Part shown: positions 56,279 to 64,000 of the stretch, piece by piece
How positions within the stretch are numbered: position 1 is the first letter of the stretch
Layout: every line of letters starts with the position of its first letter
Source: a virus
Direction: 5' to 3' (one strand)
IMG/VR virus record: IMGVR_UViG_3300049324_000053
Length of the DNA stretch: 64,000 nucleotides
Notes under the pieces: generated by a model
Database searches by the model: none
Told to the model about the DNA's origin: nothing
What the model saw: only the letters and a program-made list of their open reading frames with translations
Made by a program: the position numbers and the translations under genes

Positions 56279-57222
56279 GCCGCTGCCTCAATTCGGGGGA
56301 TGTCGACCAGCTGGTCGATCGTGCAATCGGTGGGTGCGATGTCGTCGCGCAATGTGAGAAACACCGGATGCCGTGGCGCGCCGGACGGTTCGAGCAACGC
56401 CGAAACGCTGATCTCCGCGACCTGCAACTGGCCACCGTCCAGCCCGGCACGTACCCGGGTCAGTTCTGTGTGCGACAACCCGGACCCGACCCGGCCGAAC
56501 CCGACCGCACCGGCCGGACCGACCAGCGCCAGCTGCAGCGCACCGAACGTCGCCGCCCGGCTGCCGTGACCCGCCGTCGCGCCGACGATGACCGCCGACA
56601 CCCGATGCTCGGGCTTGAGCTTCACCCACGCCCCGGACCGTCCCGGCACCCACGACGCACCCGGCGCTTTGGCGACGAGGCCTTCAAGACCACGCCGGGT
56701 CACGAACCGCCATGCCGCCTGCCCGTCGCCGAACTCACGCACCGGCCGCAGCCGGGTGCCCCGCAGCCGCAGCTCACGCAGCGTCTGCGACCGGACCCGT
56801 TGCGGTGTGCGGCGCAGATCCGTACCGTCCGCGCGAAGCACATCGAACACGCAGTACGCCGCAGGCCACCGCCGTGCCGCCGCCGCGATCGCCGCCGTGC
56901 TGGCCTGCGCGTCACGCCGGTGTGTTGCCGCGAAATCAGGTTTGCCGCCGGTGAACACGACCACCTCACCGTCGAGCGTCCACATCCCGACCGGGAACTT
57001 GCGCGCCAGCGACGCGGTGATCTCCGGGAAACGGGCGGTCGCGTCGATCCCACGCCGGCCGGTCAACGTGACCCGGCCATGCTCGATGTGCGCGACCATC
57101 CGCACCCCGTCATATTTGATCGAGAACAGGTAGCCGCGAGCGGCGAGCACGTCGATCGCCTCGGGAATGTTCGGCGCGATCCGCCGATGGCCCTCGGCGA
57201 GCATCACCAGCGGCGTACTCAC
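56275..57222 (-). CDS. ATP-dependent DNA ligase (LigD/LigC-like ligase domain only)
   Basis: KYDGVR, LDGEVV, FDVL, EGLVAK, WVKLK. Confidence 0.88.
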   Translation of the reverse strand: MSTPLVMLAEGHRRIAPNIPEAIDVLAARGYLFSIKYDGVRMVAHIEHGRVTLTGRRGIDATARFPEITASLARKFPVGMWTLDGEVVVFTGGKPDFAATHRRDAQASTAAIAAAARRWPAAYCVFDVLRADGTDLRRTPQRVRSQTLRELRLRGTRLRPVREFGDGQAAWRFVTRRGLEGLVAKAPGASWVPGRSGAWVKLKPEHRVSAVIVGATAGHGSRAATFGALQLALVGPAGAVGFGRVGSGLSHTELTRVRAGLDGGQLQVAEISVSALLEPSGAPRHPVFLTLRDDIAPTDCTIDQLVDIPRIEAAA

Positions 57223-58058
57223 GCCGACACCGGCGTCTTACGAGCGCGCGGCTTACGCGCCGCCCGCGGCTTGGGTGCCGCCGCAACCTGCTCGGCGGCG
57301 GCACGTTCGGTCACCGCCGCGGTCAGCCGGTCCAGCAGGCTGGTCACCGTCGCGTCCGGCCCGCTCGTGTCCGGCGCGGCACCGGCAGCCACCGGCGTCA
57401 CTGCGGCGAGCGCCGCATCCAGGGCCGCCTTGCGGGCGTCGATGTAGTCGGCCTCGGCGAACGGGATGCATGCGGCATCGGCGAACGCCTCGACCGCCGC
57501 GAGCAGCGGCGACGCCGCAGGCAGGCTCGGCGCGGCCGGAGCGGCACGCATCTGCTCGGGGCGGGCCAGCGCTGTCAGTGTCAGCACGCCGCGCGCCACT
57601 CCGAGCCGGTAGAGGCTGACGTTCGAGCGCGGTGCCCATTGGGCGAGGAACGCCAGGTCGGGGCGGCGGGCGACCAGCTGTGCGATCAGCGCGTACGCGG
57701 TGTCGGTGTTGCTGCGGGCCTTGAGGTGGTAGACGTTGCCCGCCGCGAGCAGGGTCACGTCGTCGGCGCGGTGCACCGACAGCGCGATCTGCTCTTTGAG
57801 TTCTGCCGCGACCGGCGTCACCGCGTCCGGCGGGACCAGCACGAGCGTGCCGTCCGGCAGTTCGCGGGCCGAGAAGAAACCATGCCGGTCGGCGGCCTTG
57901 CAGGTGGGGCAGGCGACGGACTGACGGACCCGGATCGGGTCGTGCCCGTCGGTGCACACCGTGTGCAGGGATTCGGGGGTGCTGACGGCGGCCTCGACGT
58001 CGATCAGCGTACTGACGACCTCGGCCAGCTTGAGGGTGACCTTGACGCGGACCGCCAT
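57219..58058 (-). CDS. ku: Ku-like DNA end-binding protein
   Basis: Ku-like N-terminus (RVRQSVACPTC...ELPDGTLVLV), Y.L, EQMRA, Y.D, basic tail; coupled to the ligase. Confidence 0.72.
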   Translation of the reverse strand: MAVRVKVTLKLAEVVSTLIDVEAAVSTPESLHTVCTDGHDPIRVRQSVACPTCKAADRHGFFSARELPDGTLVLVPPDAVTPVAAELKEQIALSVHRADDVTLLAAGNVYHLKARSNTDTAYALIAQLVARRPDLAFLAQWAPRSNVSLYRLGVARGVLTLTALARPEQMRAAPAAPSLPAASPLLAAVEAFADAACIPFAEADYIDARKAALDAALAAVTPVAAGAAPDTSGPDATVTSLLDRLTAAVTERAAAEQVAAAPKPRAARKPRARKTPVSA

Positions 58059-58223
58059 GATGACGGCTCCCTTCCTGATGGGCGTTCAGATTAGCGCCTC
58101 TGATGTCAGAGTACGCGAGCATGAGTCGTGACGCAGCGTCAACCGCTACGCCATCCGAGTGAAACTGGGGCTGTCAACGAGCGTTGAGAAGCCCATCCGT
58201 GCCGATGAGCCGGTGAACGACCG

Positions 58224-58613
58224 TCAGGCGTACCACTCGGCGCACTCTCGGGCCGAGATCGAATACCCGTACACCCGGAACGTCGCGTTCAGCGACATGA
58301 ACCGCCACAGCCATGCCGCGCGCCGCACCGCGTTCTCCCGGTCCATGACATGATCGTCGCCGTCGATCTCACCGTCGTCGCCGATGTCCATCAGGCCCAG
58401 CTGCAGATCATCCGCGCCGTTCCACACCTCGATCTGGTGGTCGTCGGCCTCCGGCTGCTGCAGCCCCGCGATCCACCACTCGCCGCCGTCGCGCTCGCCA
58501 GCGGCACCGGCGTCCTCGGAGTCCGCGAACGGCCCCGTGAAGCGCAGCCCGTCGACCGGGTTGCCCTGGATCAGCAGCTGGGGCACGGGACGCGGGTCGT
58601 TGTTGTTCGTCAT
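58224..58613 (-). CDS. Hypothetical protein
   Basis: GNPVDGL.F.GPF motif; coupled. Confidence 0.55.
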   Translation of the reverse strand: MTNNNDPRPVPQLLIQGNPVDGLRFTGPFADSEDAGAAGERDGGEWWIAGLQQPEADDHQIEVWNGADDLQLGLMDIGDDGEIDGDDHVMDRENAVRRAAWLWRFMSLNATFRVYGYSISARECAEWYA

Positions 58614-58819
58614 GATGTTGTTTCCGATCTGCTCGATGTAGCCTGCTGATGGATTCCGGCTTCGACCTGGGCAATGTGTGCCGCGCCAGCCCTTTTGGCG
58701 TCCGCGTGGTAGGCGATTGCGTCGTACACGATGCCGCACGAGCAGGTCACCGTGTAGGTGCCTTCGCCGTGCCAGCGCAGCCCCGAGATACTCCAGGTGT
58801 GGCTGGCAGCGTCGCTCAT
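58610..58819 (-). CDS. Small Zn-finger-like protein
   Basis: CSCG...AH; ATGA overlaps. Confidence 0.45.
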   Translation of the reverse strand: MSDAASHTWSISGLRWHGEGTYTVTCSCGIVYDAIAYHADAKRAGAAHIAQVEAGIHQQATSSRSETTS

Positions 58820-59082
58820 GCTGCGACGACCAGCGGTAGATCCGCGTGCTCCAGATACGCCGCGAACCGGCGCACCGTGGCCTCGGCATCCTCGACGGTG
58901 CCGTCACACGTCCACGGCTCCCGCATCAGACTCGGCTCGTACCACGCGCCCGTCATCGCCGACCGCAACCGGAACGTCAGTGCCCGCGCCGTCGGCCGCC
59001 AGGAAATCTCGTGCACCGTGCCGACCGGCACCGTCCACGACCACACCACACGTTCACCGTCATGACGTCGCTCCACAAACAT
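58816..59082 (-). CDS. Hypothetical protein
   Basis: GGAGG SD. Confidence 0.5.
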   Translation of the reverse strand: MFVERRHDGERVVWSWTVPVGTVHEISWRPTARALTFRLRSAMTGAWYEPSLMREPWTCDGTVEDAEATVRRFAAYLEHADLPLVVAA

Positions 59083-59092
59083 GACTGGCCTC

Positions 59093-59794
59093 CTAAGCGA
59101 TCTCGCGCAGCAGATGCGCGATCATGTCGTCGCGGGTGTCGAAATACTGGTCGCTTTCGTTGCCGTACGACAGCGGGTACAGGTAAGCCGGCCATTCCTG
59201 TGCGCGCATCGAGCTGCACACCCATCGCCGCTGTCCCGACCGAAGCCGTCGCGTCCCGAACGACACCTCCTTGCCGCCCGGCACCGCCGAACCGCCCGGC
59301 AACCCCGACATGAGCACCCAGTTCTCACGCAGCACCGGCCTCACCGTGACATCCGGCGGGCAGATCCCCGCGGCACGCATCGCGGCCACCACCGGCCCCA
59401 CCAGGTCACGCATCAGCACGTGCTGCTCGGGGTCGAACTGCCCGAGCCCGCTCCACAGCACGTCACCGAGTAGGGCGTACTGCACGAGCATTCCGGCACG
59501 TTCGCCGGTCAGCTCACCGTTCGCGCCCCGGCTGGCGTACGCCGCACTCGCCCGGCCCGGCGTGACCGGCTGGTGGTACGGATCGGCCAGCGCCGCAGCC
59601 AGGCCACGCGCCATCGTCGCCGCAGTGATCGTCCACGTGCGCGGCGGCCAGTGCGTGTCGACCTGCAAGTGCGCCTCGGGTCCGAACGGGCGGTACGTCC
59701 ACATGTCGGACCAGGCGCACCAGCCGGACTCGACCGCCAGCACCAGCAGATCGGCGTCGGTCAACGCCGTTGCCGATGTCACGTCGGCGCTCAT
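59093..59794 (-). CDS. Hypothetical protein, possibly a two-domain fusion
   Basis: AVESGW..WS...LVQYALLGDV.W; coupled. Confidence 0.5.
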   Translation of the reverse strand: MSADVTSATALTDADLLVLAVESGWCAWSDMWTYRPFGPEAHLQVDTHWPPRTWTITAATMARGLAAALADPYHQPVTPGRASAAYASRGANGELTGERAGMLVQYALLGDVLWSGLGQFDPEQHVLMRDLVGPVVAAMRAAGICPPDVTVRPVLRENWVLMSGLPGGSAVPGGKEVSFGTRRLRSGQRRWVCSSMRAQEWPAYLYPLSYGNESDQYFDTRDDMIAHLLREIA

Positions 59795-60021
59795 GACGCG
59801 GGCTCGATACGCACGATGTGTCCCGCGCGGGTGACCACTTGCACGTCGACGTCGCGCCACTGCGAGTTGGTGATCTCGTAGTTCACTGCCGCGTCGGGCT
59901 CGGTGAGTGCTGCCGTGTTGTCGGTGAACACCACCCGGTACTGCGGGTTGCCGTCGCGGGTGTTCTTCAGGCGCACCAGCGACGCGATGCGCGCCACCGT
60001 GCGAAGCTCGGATGTGTTCAT
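59791..60021 (-). CDS. Small OB-like protein
   Basis: RLKNT.DGNPQY.V.F; ATGA-coupled. Confidence 0.55.
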   Translation of the reverse strand: MNTSELRTVARIASLVRLKNTRDGNPQYRVVFTDNTAALTEPDAAVNYEITNSQWRDVDVQVVTRAGHIVRIEPAS

Positions 60022-60422
60022 GCGCTGATCGCCTCGTTCTCGTCGGCTGCCGGGGTCGGCAGCACCGTATCGGGATGCAGTTGCAGGTACGCGTTGACGA
60101 CCTCGTTGGGCAGCGGGCCGCGATCGGACACCCTCATGCCCGCACCGAGCGCCCAGGCGCGCATCTTGGCCCACTGGCCGTTGTCATTCGACCGGCGCGG
60201 CGGCTTACGATCCGCCGTCGTCGAACGCAGGATGCGCGTCGGTTCCTTCGGCTCCGGCAGCGGCCGGGCCAGCGGAATGTATGCCGCCAGCGCGCTGAAC
60301 ATCTCGCCGGCTTCCTCCTCGGTCAGGTCGATCTCGAACCCGTGACCGGGACGGCCGATCTGATAGCGCGCGGCGGGGGACCTACCGGACAGGTCGCTGA
60401 TGATGACCAGACGCTCAGCCAT
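60018..60422 (-). CDS. lsr2: Lsr2-family nucleoid-associated protein
   Basis: SDLSG...FEIDLT....M..AL..YI..AR; MRAWA...G..VSDRGPLP..VV.AY. Confidence 0.85.
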   Translation of the reverse strand: MAERLVIISDLSGRSPAARYQIGRPGHGFEIDLTEEEAGEMFSALAAYIPLARPLPEPKEPTRILRSTTADRKPPRRSNDNGQWAKMRAWALGAGMRVSDRGPLPNEVVNAYLQLHPDTVLPTPAADENEAISA

Positions 60423-60517
60423 GGGATGCTCCTTTCGGGTGCTTTGGGTGCTGCCGGATCAGTAGCCGAAGGTGAACTTGCGCCCCACCAGTTCCGGCAC
60501 ACTGATCGTTGTGGCGC

Positions 60518-61078
60518 TCATATGAAGGACACATCGAGCAGCGCGTCGATGCCCGCGAGCCGCTCGACCAGCCGGGCACGTTCGTCGGCCAGCTGCTGAC
60601 GTGAGGCGCTGACCGTGGCCTGCACCTCGGCCACCGTGGTTCCGGCGTCGATCAGCGACAGCTCCTTGATGACGCTGAACCGGATCGCCGCGTGATAGGT
60701 GTCCAGCGTCAGGCCCAGCGAGCCGTCCTTGGTCCGGGTGGTGAGGCCGGTGATCCTTCCCTCGAAGGTCTTCGCGGTCTGCACGCGCACCTTGCGCCCG
60801 ATCAGCGCGAGGACGTCCAGCGCGTTCGGGGCGCTGTCGCTGACCACCTCGGGCTCGACCTCGGGCTCGGGCGCCTCGTAGATCAGCTTCCTGCTCTTGA
60901 GGGCGTCGATGGTGAGCGAGGCGTCGACCGTTTCCAGTTCGTACTTCCAGTTGCGCAGTTTGATGTTGTTCGCGCGCAGCGCGTCGTCGGCGCCGTCAAA
61001 TCCGTTTTGCTTGGCGAGCAGTTCCAGTAGGCGCATTTGTGGTTCGGTGACCAGCTTCGAGCCGATCTTGCCTGCCAT
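60518..61078 (-). CDS. Hypothetical protein with Sm/SH3-like C-terminus
   Basis: AAGGA SD. Confidence 0.55.
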   Translation of the reverse strand: MAGKIGSKLVTEPQMRLLELLAKQNGFDGADDALRANNIKLRNWKYELETVDASLTIDALKSRKLIYEAPEPEVEPEVVSDSAPNALDVLALIGRKVRVQTAKTFEGRITGLTTRTKDGSLGLTLDTYHAAIRFSVIKELSLIDAGTTVAEVQATVSASRQQLADERARLVERLAGIDALLDVSFI

Positions 61079-61237
61079 GTCGTTCCTTCTCTCGTGTTGT
61101 CGGTGGCCGGTGGTAGGCCGAAAGCGAGCACCGGGGCCGGTGAACGGCCGTTGAGGCAACGTCGTGTGCGTTCATGATATCGCATATTAGCGGGGAGTGC
61201 AGTAGCGAGTGCAGTAGCGTGACCGTGCTGTGACCGA

Positions 61238-61275
61238 ACGCAGGTCCGCTCAACGAGCGTTGAGCGGACCTGCGT
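61238..61275. repeat. Perfect 18-bp-arm palindrome containing the operator motif
   Basis: ACGCAGGTCCGCTCAACG-AG-CGTTGAGCGGACCTGCGT. Confidence 0.85.
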
Positions 61276-61289
61276 GACGTCCGGGTGGT

Positions 61290-61718
61290 TCAACGACCGT
61301 TAGCAGGCCGTCTGCGTGGGGCGTACCAGCGCACCGGCAGACACGACTTGCGCGCCCGCTCGATCATCACGAGCAGCACCTGTCCGGCGCCCTCGTCCAT
61401 GGGCGCCCGTTCGTCCAGCGCGTACGCCGCCGACCGCAGCACCCCGAGCACGCCATGCCAGTCACGGGCGTCCAGCTCATCGACCGGCACCGTAGCCATC
61501 GTGCGGACCAACTCGACCAGCGCCTCACCGGCCGCCGTCTGCGTCGGCGTATGCGTGCGAGTCGCCGCCGCCGTCGGGCTCATGTAGGCGAACGACTGCC
61601 AGTAGTGCCAGCCGTCCCCGTCCTCGTTCTGTGCCCCCTGCCAGTCGATGTTGACCGGCTTCGCGTCGAGCGACACGACAGACAGATCGTGCAGCGGGAT
61701 GCGGGTGTCGTTGTTCAT
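61290..61718 (-). CDS. Hypothetical protein
   Basis: GGAGG SD. Confidence 0.5.
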   Translation of the reverse strand: MNNDTRIPLHDLSVVSLDAKPVNIDWQGAQNEDGDGWHYWQSFAYMSPTAAATRTHTPTQTAAGEALVELVRTMATVPVDELDARDWHGVLGVLRSAAYALDERAPMDEGAGQVLLVMIERARKSCLPVRWYAPRRRPANGR

Positions 61719-61786
61719 GTGTGCCTCCAAAGGCAAACGGTGCGCGTCACCGCGCACCGTCGAGGTTGGTGATGTTGTGGAGCCGA

Positions 61787-61990
61787 TCAGGTGCTGTGAC
61801 ACTCGGTCCGCGAATAGTCCCGCGTAGTGGTACAGGTGGTGGTGTGGCCGTAGTTGTCGGTGATTCTCGTGGTGGATGATCCGTCGTTGCTGGTCGTGTT
61901 CGTCGTGGTTGAGTCGTAGGGCGGCGTGTCGTCGGTGCAGGCGCTCGCGGCGATCAGCAGACCGATGACCAGCAGACCGATACGCTTCAT
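61787..61990 (-). CDS. Small putative lipoprotein
   Basis: MKRIGLLVIGLLIAASA/C lipobox-like signal. Confidence 0.55.
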   Translation of the reverse strand: MKRIGLLVIGLLIAASACTDDTPPYDSTTTNTTSNDGSSTTRITDNYGHTTTCTTTRDYSRTECHST

Positions 61991-62166
61991 GGCGATACCT
62001 CGTCTCCGTGTTTGTCATCGGCAGATGCGACGCTGCCGACGGCAGGGGTGAGCGTGAAGGCGATGGTGGCGTCGTACGTGCGCAGCCATTCGTGCAGGTT
62101 GCGCGACACGTCGTCGGTGCCGCCGTGCTGCTCAGGCATGGTGCTGCTCCTGTTCGTGTTCGGACG

Positions 62167-62475
62167 TCAGCTGTCGTGCGGCTGAAGCGGTCGGACGATG
62201 TAGCGTGGCTTTCCGAGCCTTGCGTGCATTGCTCGTGCCGTAGGCAGTTGGTCACACTGTTGGTAGAACTCCATCAGCGCCAGCGCCTCGGCGGGTGTGT
62301 CATACGGCCCGATCACGTACACCGAATCCGGGTCTCCGTCGTTCAGGCACACCACGACATGCGGATATTCCAGCTCTGCCGCAGCTTCCCTCGCCTCTTC
62401 GTCATCAAGCCAGTTCTTGATGCGCGCGAGTCCGGCGCGCACCTGCTTTTCGTAGGGGTCGCTTGGGTCGGTCAT
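62167..62475 (-). CDS. Hypothetical protein
   Basis: GGAGG SD. Confidence 0.5.
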   Translation of the reverse strand: MTDPSDPYEKQVRAGLARIKNWLDDEEAREAAAELEYPHVVVCLNDGDPDSVYVIGPYDTPAEALALMEFYQQCDQLPTARAMHARLGKPRYIVRPLQPHDS

Positions 62476-62479
62476 GCAA

Positions 62480-62728
62480 TCACCCTCCGAACTTCTCGAA
62501 GCGTGCGTTGGCGAGCGCCTCGGCCAGGTCCCGGTCGTACTGGGTGGCGTCCGGAACGCTCGCCGTCTGCGCCGCCTCGGTGCGGCGCGGCTCGTAGTCC
62601 TCGGGCTCGTATCCGGCGCCGGGGTCGACGTCTTCGACCTCGACGTCATCGCGGCGTACGCCGTCGATGTAAACGGTGATCGAGCATTCGGAATCGGGGT
62701 CGCGCTGGTGGATGATCTGGATCTTCAT
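62480..62728 (-). CDS. Hypothetical acidic protein
   Basis: RDPDSEC...V.IDG...VDPGAGY. Confidence 0.55.
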   Translation of the reverse strand: MKIQIIHQRDPDSECSITVYIDGVRRDDVEVEDVDPGAGYEPEDYEPRRTEAAQTASVPDATQYDRDLAEALANARFEKFGG

Positions 62729-62907
62729 GCTGCGTCCTCCAGGTATCGCTTGTCGGCGGCGTCCAGTTCGTACAGCCCGGCCGTCGCAAGTGCGTGCTTG
62801 ACGATGTCCTCGGCCTCGATGATGTCGAGTGGGTCACCGGACAGCCGCAGCGTCCAGCGTTCCAGCCCGACCGCGTTGCTCATGTCGAGAGTGATCTTCT
62901 GCTTCAT
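62725..62907 (-). CDS. Hypothetical protein
   Basis: GGAGG SD; ATGA-coupled. Confidence 0.45.
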   Translation of the reverse strand: MKQKITLDMSNAVGLERWTLRLSGDPLDIIEAEDIVKHALATAGLYELDAADKRYLEDAA

Positions 62908-62966
62908 GTTGGCCTCCGTAGGCGTGAACGAGCGTTCGGATGTTGGGGTACTACGTGCATGAGCTG

Positions 62967-63206
62967 TTAGTGTGCGCCGATCAGTTCGGCCATGTCCACC
63001 TCGACGTACTCGTTGGCCTGCTCGTCGAAGTAGTCGGACGGCCAGCCGCTTTCTCCATACGTTAGTACGCACACCAGGGCGCCCTCTTGCGGGGCACTGC
63101 TTGTCTTGCCGGACACAGTGACTTCCAGCGGTGCCATGGCCGCTTGGAATGCAGCCAGGTTTTTGACGTGGAAGTAGTTCGTGCGTGCGATTCCTTCGTA
63201 GTTCAT
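62967..63206 (-). CDS. Hypothetical protein, possibly truncated
   Basis: ARTNYF.VK motif; AAGGA SD. Confidence 0.5.
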   Translation of the reverse strand: MNYEGIARTNYFHVKNLAAFQAAMAPLEVTVSGKTSSAPQEGALVCVLTYGESGWPSDYFDEQANEYVEVDMAELIGAH

Positions 63207-63209
63207 GGG

Positions 63210-63968
63210 TCAGTCCTTCCGGTCGTTTGCTGTCCGTGCGGCGAGGTACGCCGCCGTCTGGCGCTCTTCGATCTCGGTCAGGTGCGCCTCGCGGGCTTCC
63301 TCCTTGTCCACTTCCAGCACGCCGCCGGTCTCGTCGAACCAGTAGCCTGCGTAGTAGCGTTCCAGTTCGTCGTCCGATTCCTCGGCTTCGAGGAATTCGT
63401 AGCCCTCGCGTTCTAGGTAGCGGCTGACGTCGCGCAGGAAGTCGACCAGCGGGTCATCCTCGCGGGGGTCGAGCGGTTCGTCGGAGTCGGAGACTTCATA
63501 GAGGTCGAACGACATGGTGTTGTAGTGCGAGTAGTGGTTGCTGAGGCTTGTGCGCTCACTGCGAATCCAGCCGCGCGGCCCCAGGTCCCGCAGTACCTGA
63601 ATCGCCTTGTCGAGCCCGTCCTGTCCGCTGATCTTCACCAGCGCCTCGGTGTCGACGTAGCCCATGCTCCGGTCCGGGATGGTGAGTGCTGCGAGCATGT
63701 CGGCAGCGTCGATGCGGCCGTAGAACGCCACGCCGTCCCCTTGCGAATGACTCAGGCGCCATTCCAAGCTGAGATCAGCGGAGCGATTACGGTTGCTGGG
63801 CGTGATCGCCGACGCCCCGGTCAGTTCTTCGAGAATCCCGGTCAGACGCTCGCTGACGTCGTAGAGCACGATCGACTGCCGGTCCTGGTCGTTCATCCGC
63901 CGTTCTGCCTTGGCTGTCTCACTGAGTTCGTCCCAGCGGTAGGCGGTCACTCCTATGATCTTGCTCAT
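63210..63968 (-). CDS. Mobile-element early protein; homologs often labelled 'antitoxin of TA stability system' (unverified)
   Basis: Y.WDELSE.AK...SQGDG..F...HYSH...LE..GYE.....Y.F.E.G. Confidence 0.6.
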   Translation of the reverse strand: MSKIIGVTAYRWDELSETAKAERRMNDQDRQSIVLYDVSERLTGILEELTGASAITPSNRNRSADLSLEWRLSHSQGDGVAFYGRIDAADMLAALTIPDRSMGYVDTEALVKISGQDGLDKAIQVLRDLGPRGWIRSERTSLSNHYSHYNTMSFDLYEVSDSDEPLDPREDDPLVDFLRDVSRYLEREGYEFLEAEESDDELERYYAGYWFDETGGVLEVDKEEAREAHLTEIEERQTAAYLAARTANDRKD

Positions 63969-64000
63969 GCGGTCTCCTTCGAGGAGGGTCGGTACAGTGG

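Larger units (their letters stand above)
1..64000. mobile_element. Actinobacterial siphovirus-like phage/prophage/phage-plasmid segment (ends not in window)
   Basis: Head-tail joining, tail tube, chaperone, tape measure, minor tail, lysis and replication genes in canonical order; Lsr2 and Ku present; no host core genes. Confidence 0.92.

Noticed and set aside
37354-62938. Palindromes as canonical LexA SOS boxes
   Set aside because: They lack the TCGAAC/GTTCGA flanks and several read CAAC/GTTG; kept only as an alternative.
1-64000. tRNA/rRNA genes, integrase, att sites, IS elements
   Set aside because: None recognisable by eye; tRNAscan and Infernal were not run.

Overview
High-GC (about 70% by eye) actinobacterial siphovirus-type phage, prophage or phage-plasmid segment. 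No host housekeeping genes are visible. Terminase, portal, capsid and integrase genes are not in the window. Layout: a TA/antitoxin cassette (0.1-1.2 kb); virion accessory, head-tail joining and non-contractile tail genes (2.2-31.6 kb), including a tail chaperone with a -1 frameshift and a 2731-aa tape measure; lysis genes interrupted by inserted cassettes (31.6-35.3 kb); accessory genes (35-40 kb); a recombination/replication module with an intein-containing primase-helicase (40-48 kb); a four-gene orphan-antitoxin operon (49.8-51.1 kb); a Ku-ligase-RuvB-like-MoxR-vWA-DUF6744-like operon (51.3-58.1 kb); and small leftward early genes including Lsr2 (58-64 kb). The most notable observation is a dispersed library of about 9-10 toxin-less antitoxins or antitoxin fragments from several type II families. 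Many lack their DNA-binding domain and carry their own leaderless promoter, which suggests a broad anti-TA (anti-defence) system. Other motifs read from the sequence: a five-copy sigma28/WhiG-like late promoter, a seven-copy palindromic operator, and two inverted structured ~120-nt elements bracketing the replication genes. Family assignments come from motif recognition by eye; no database searches were run.
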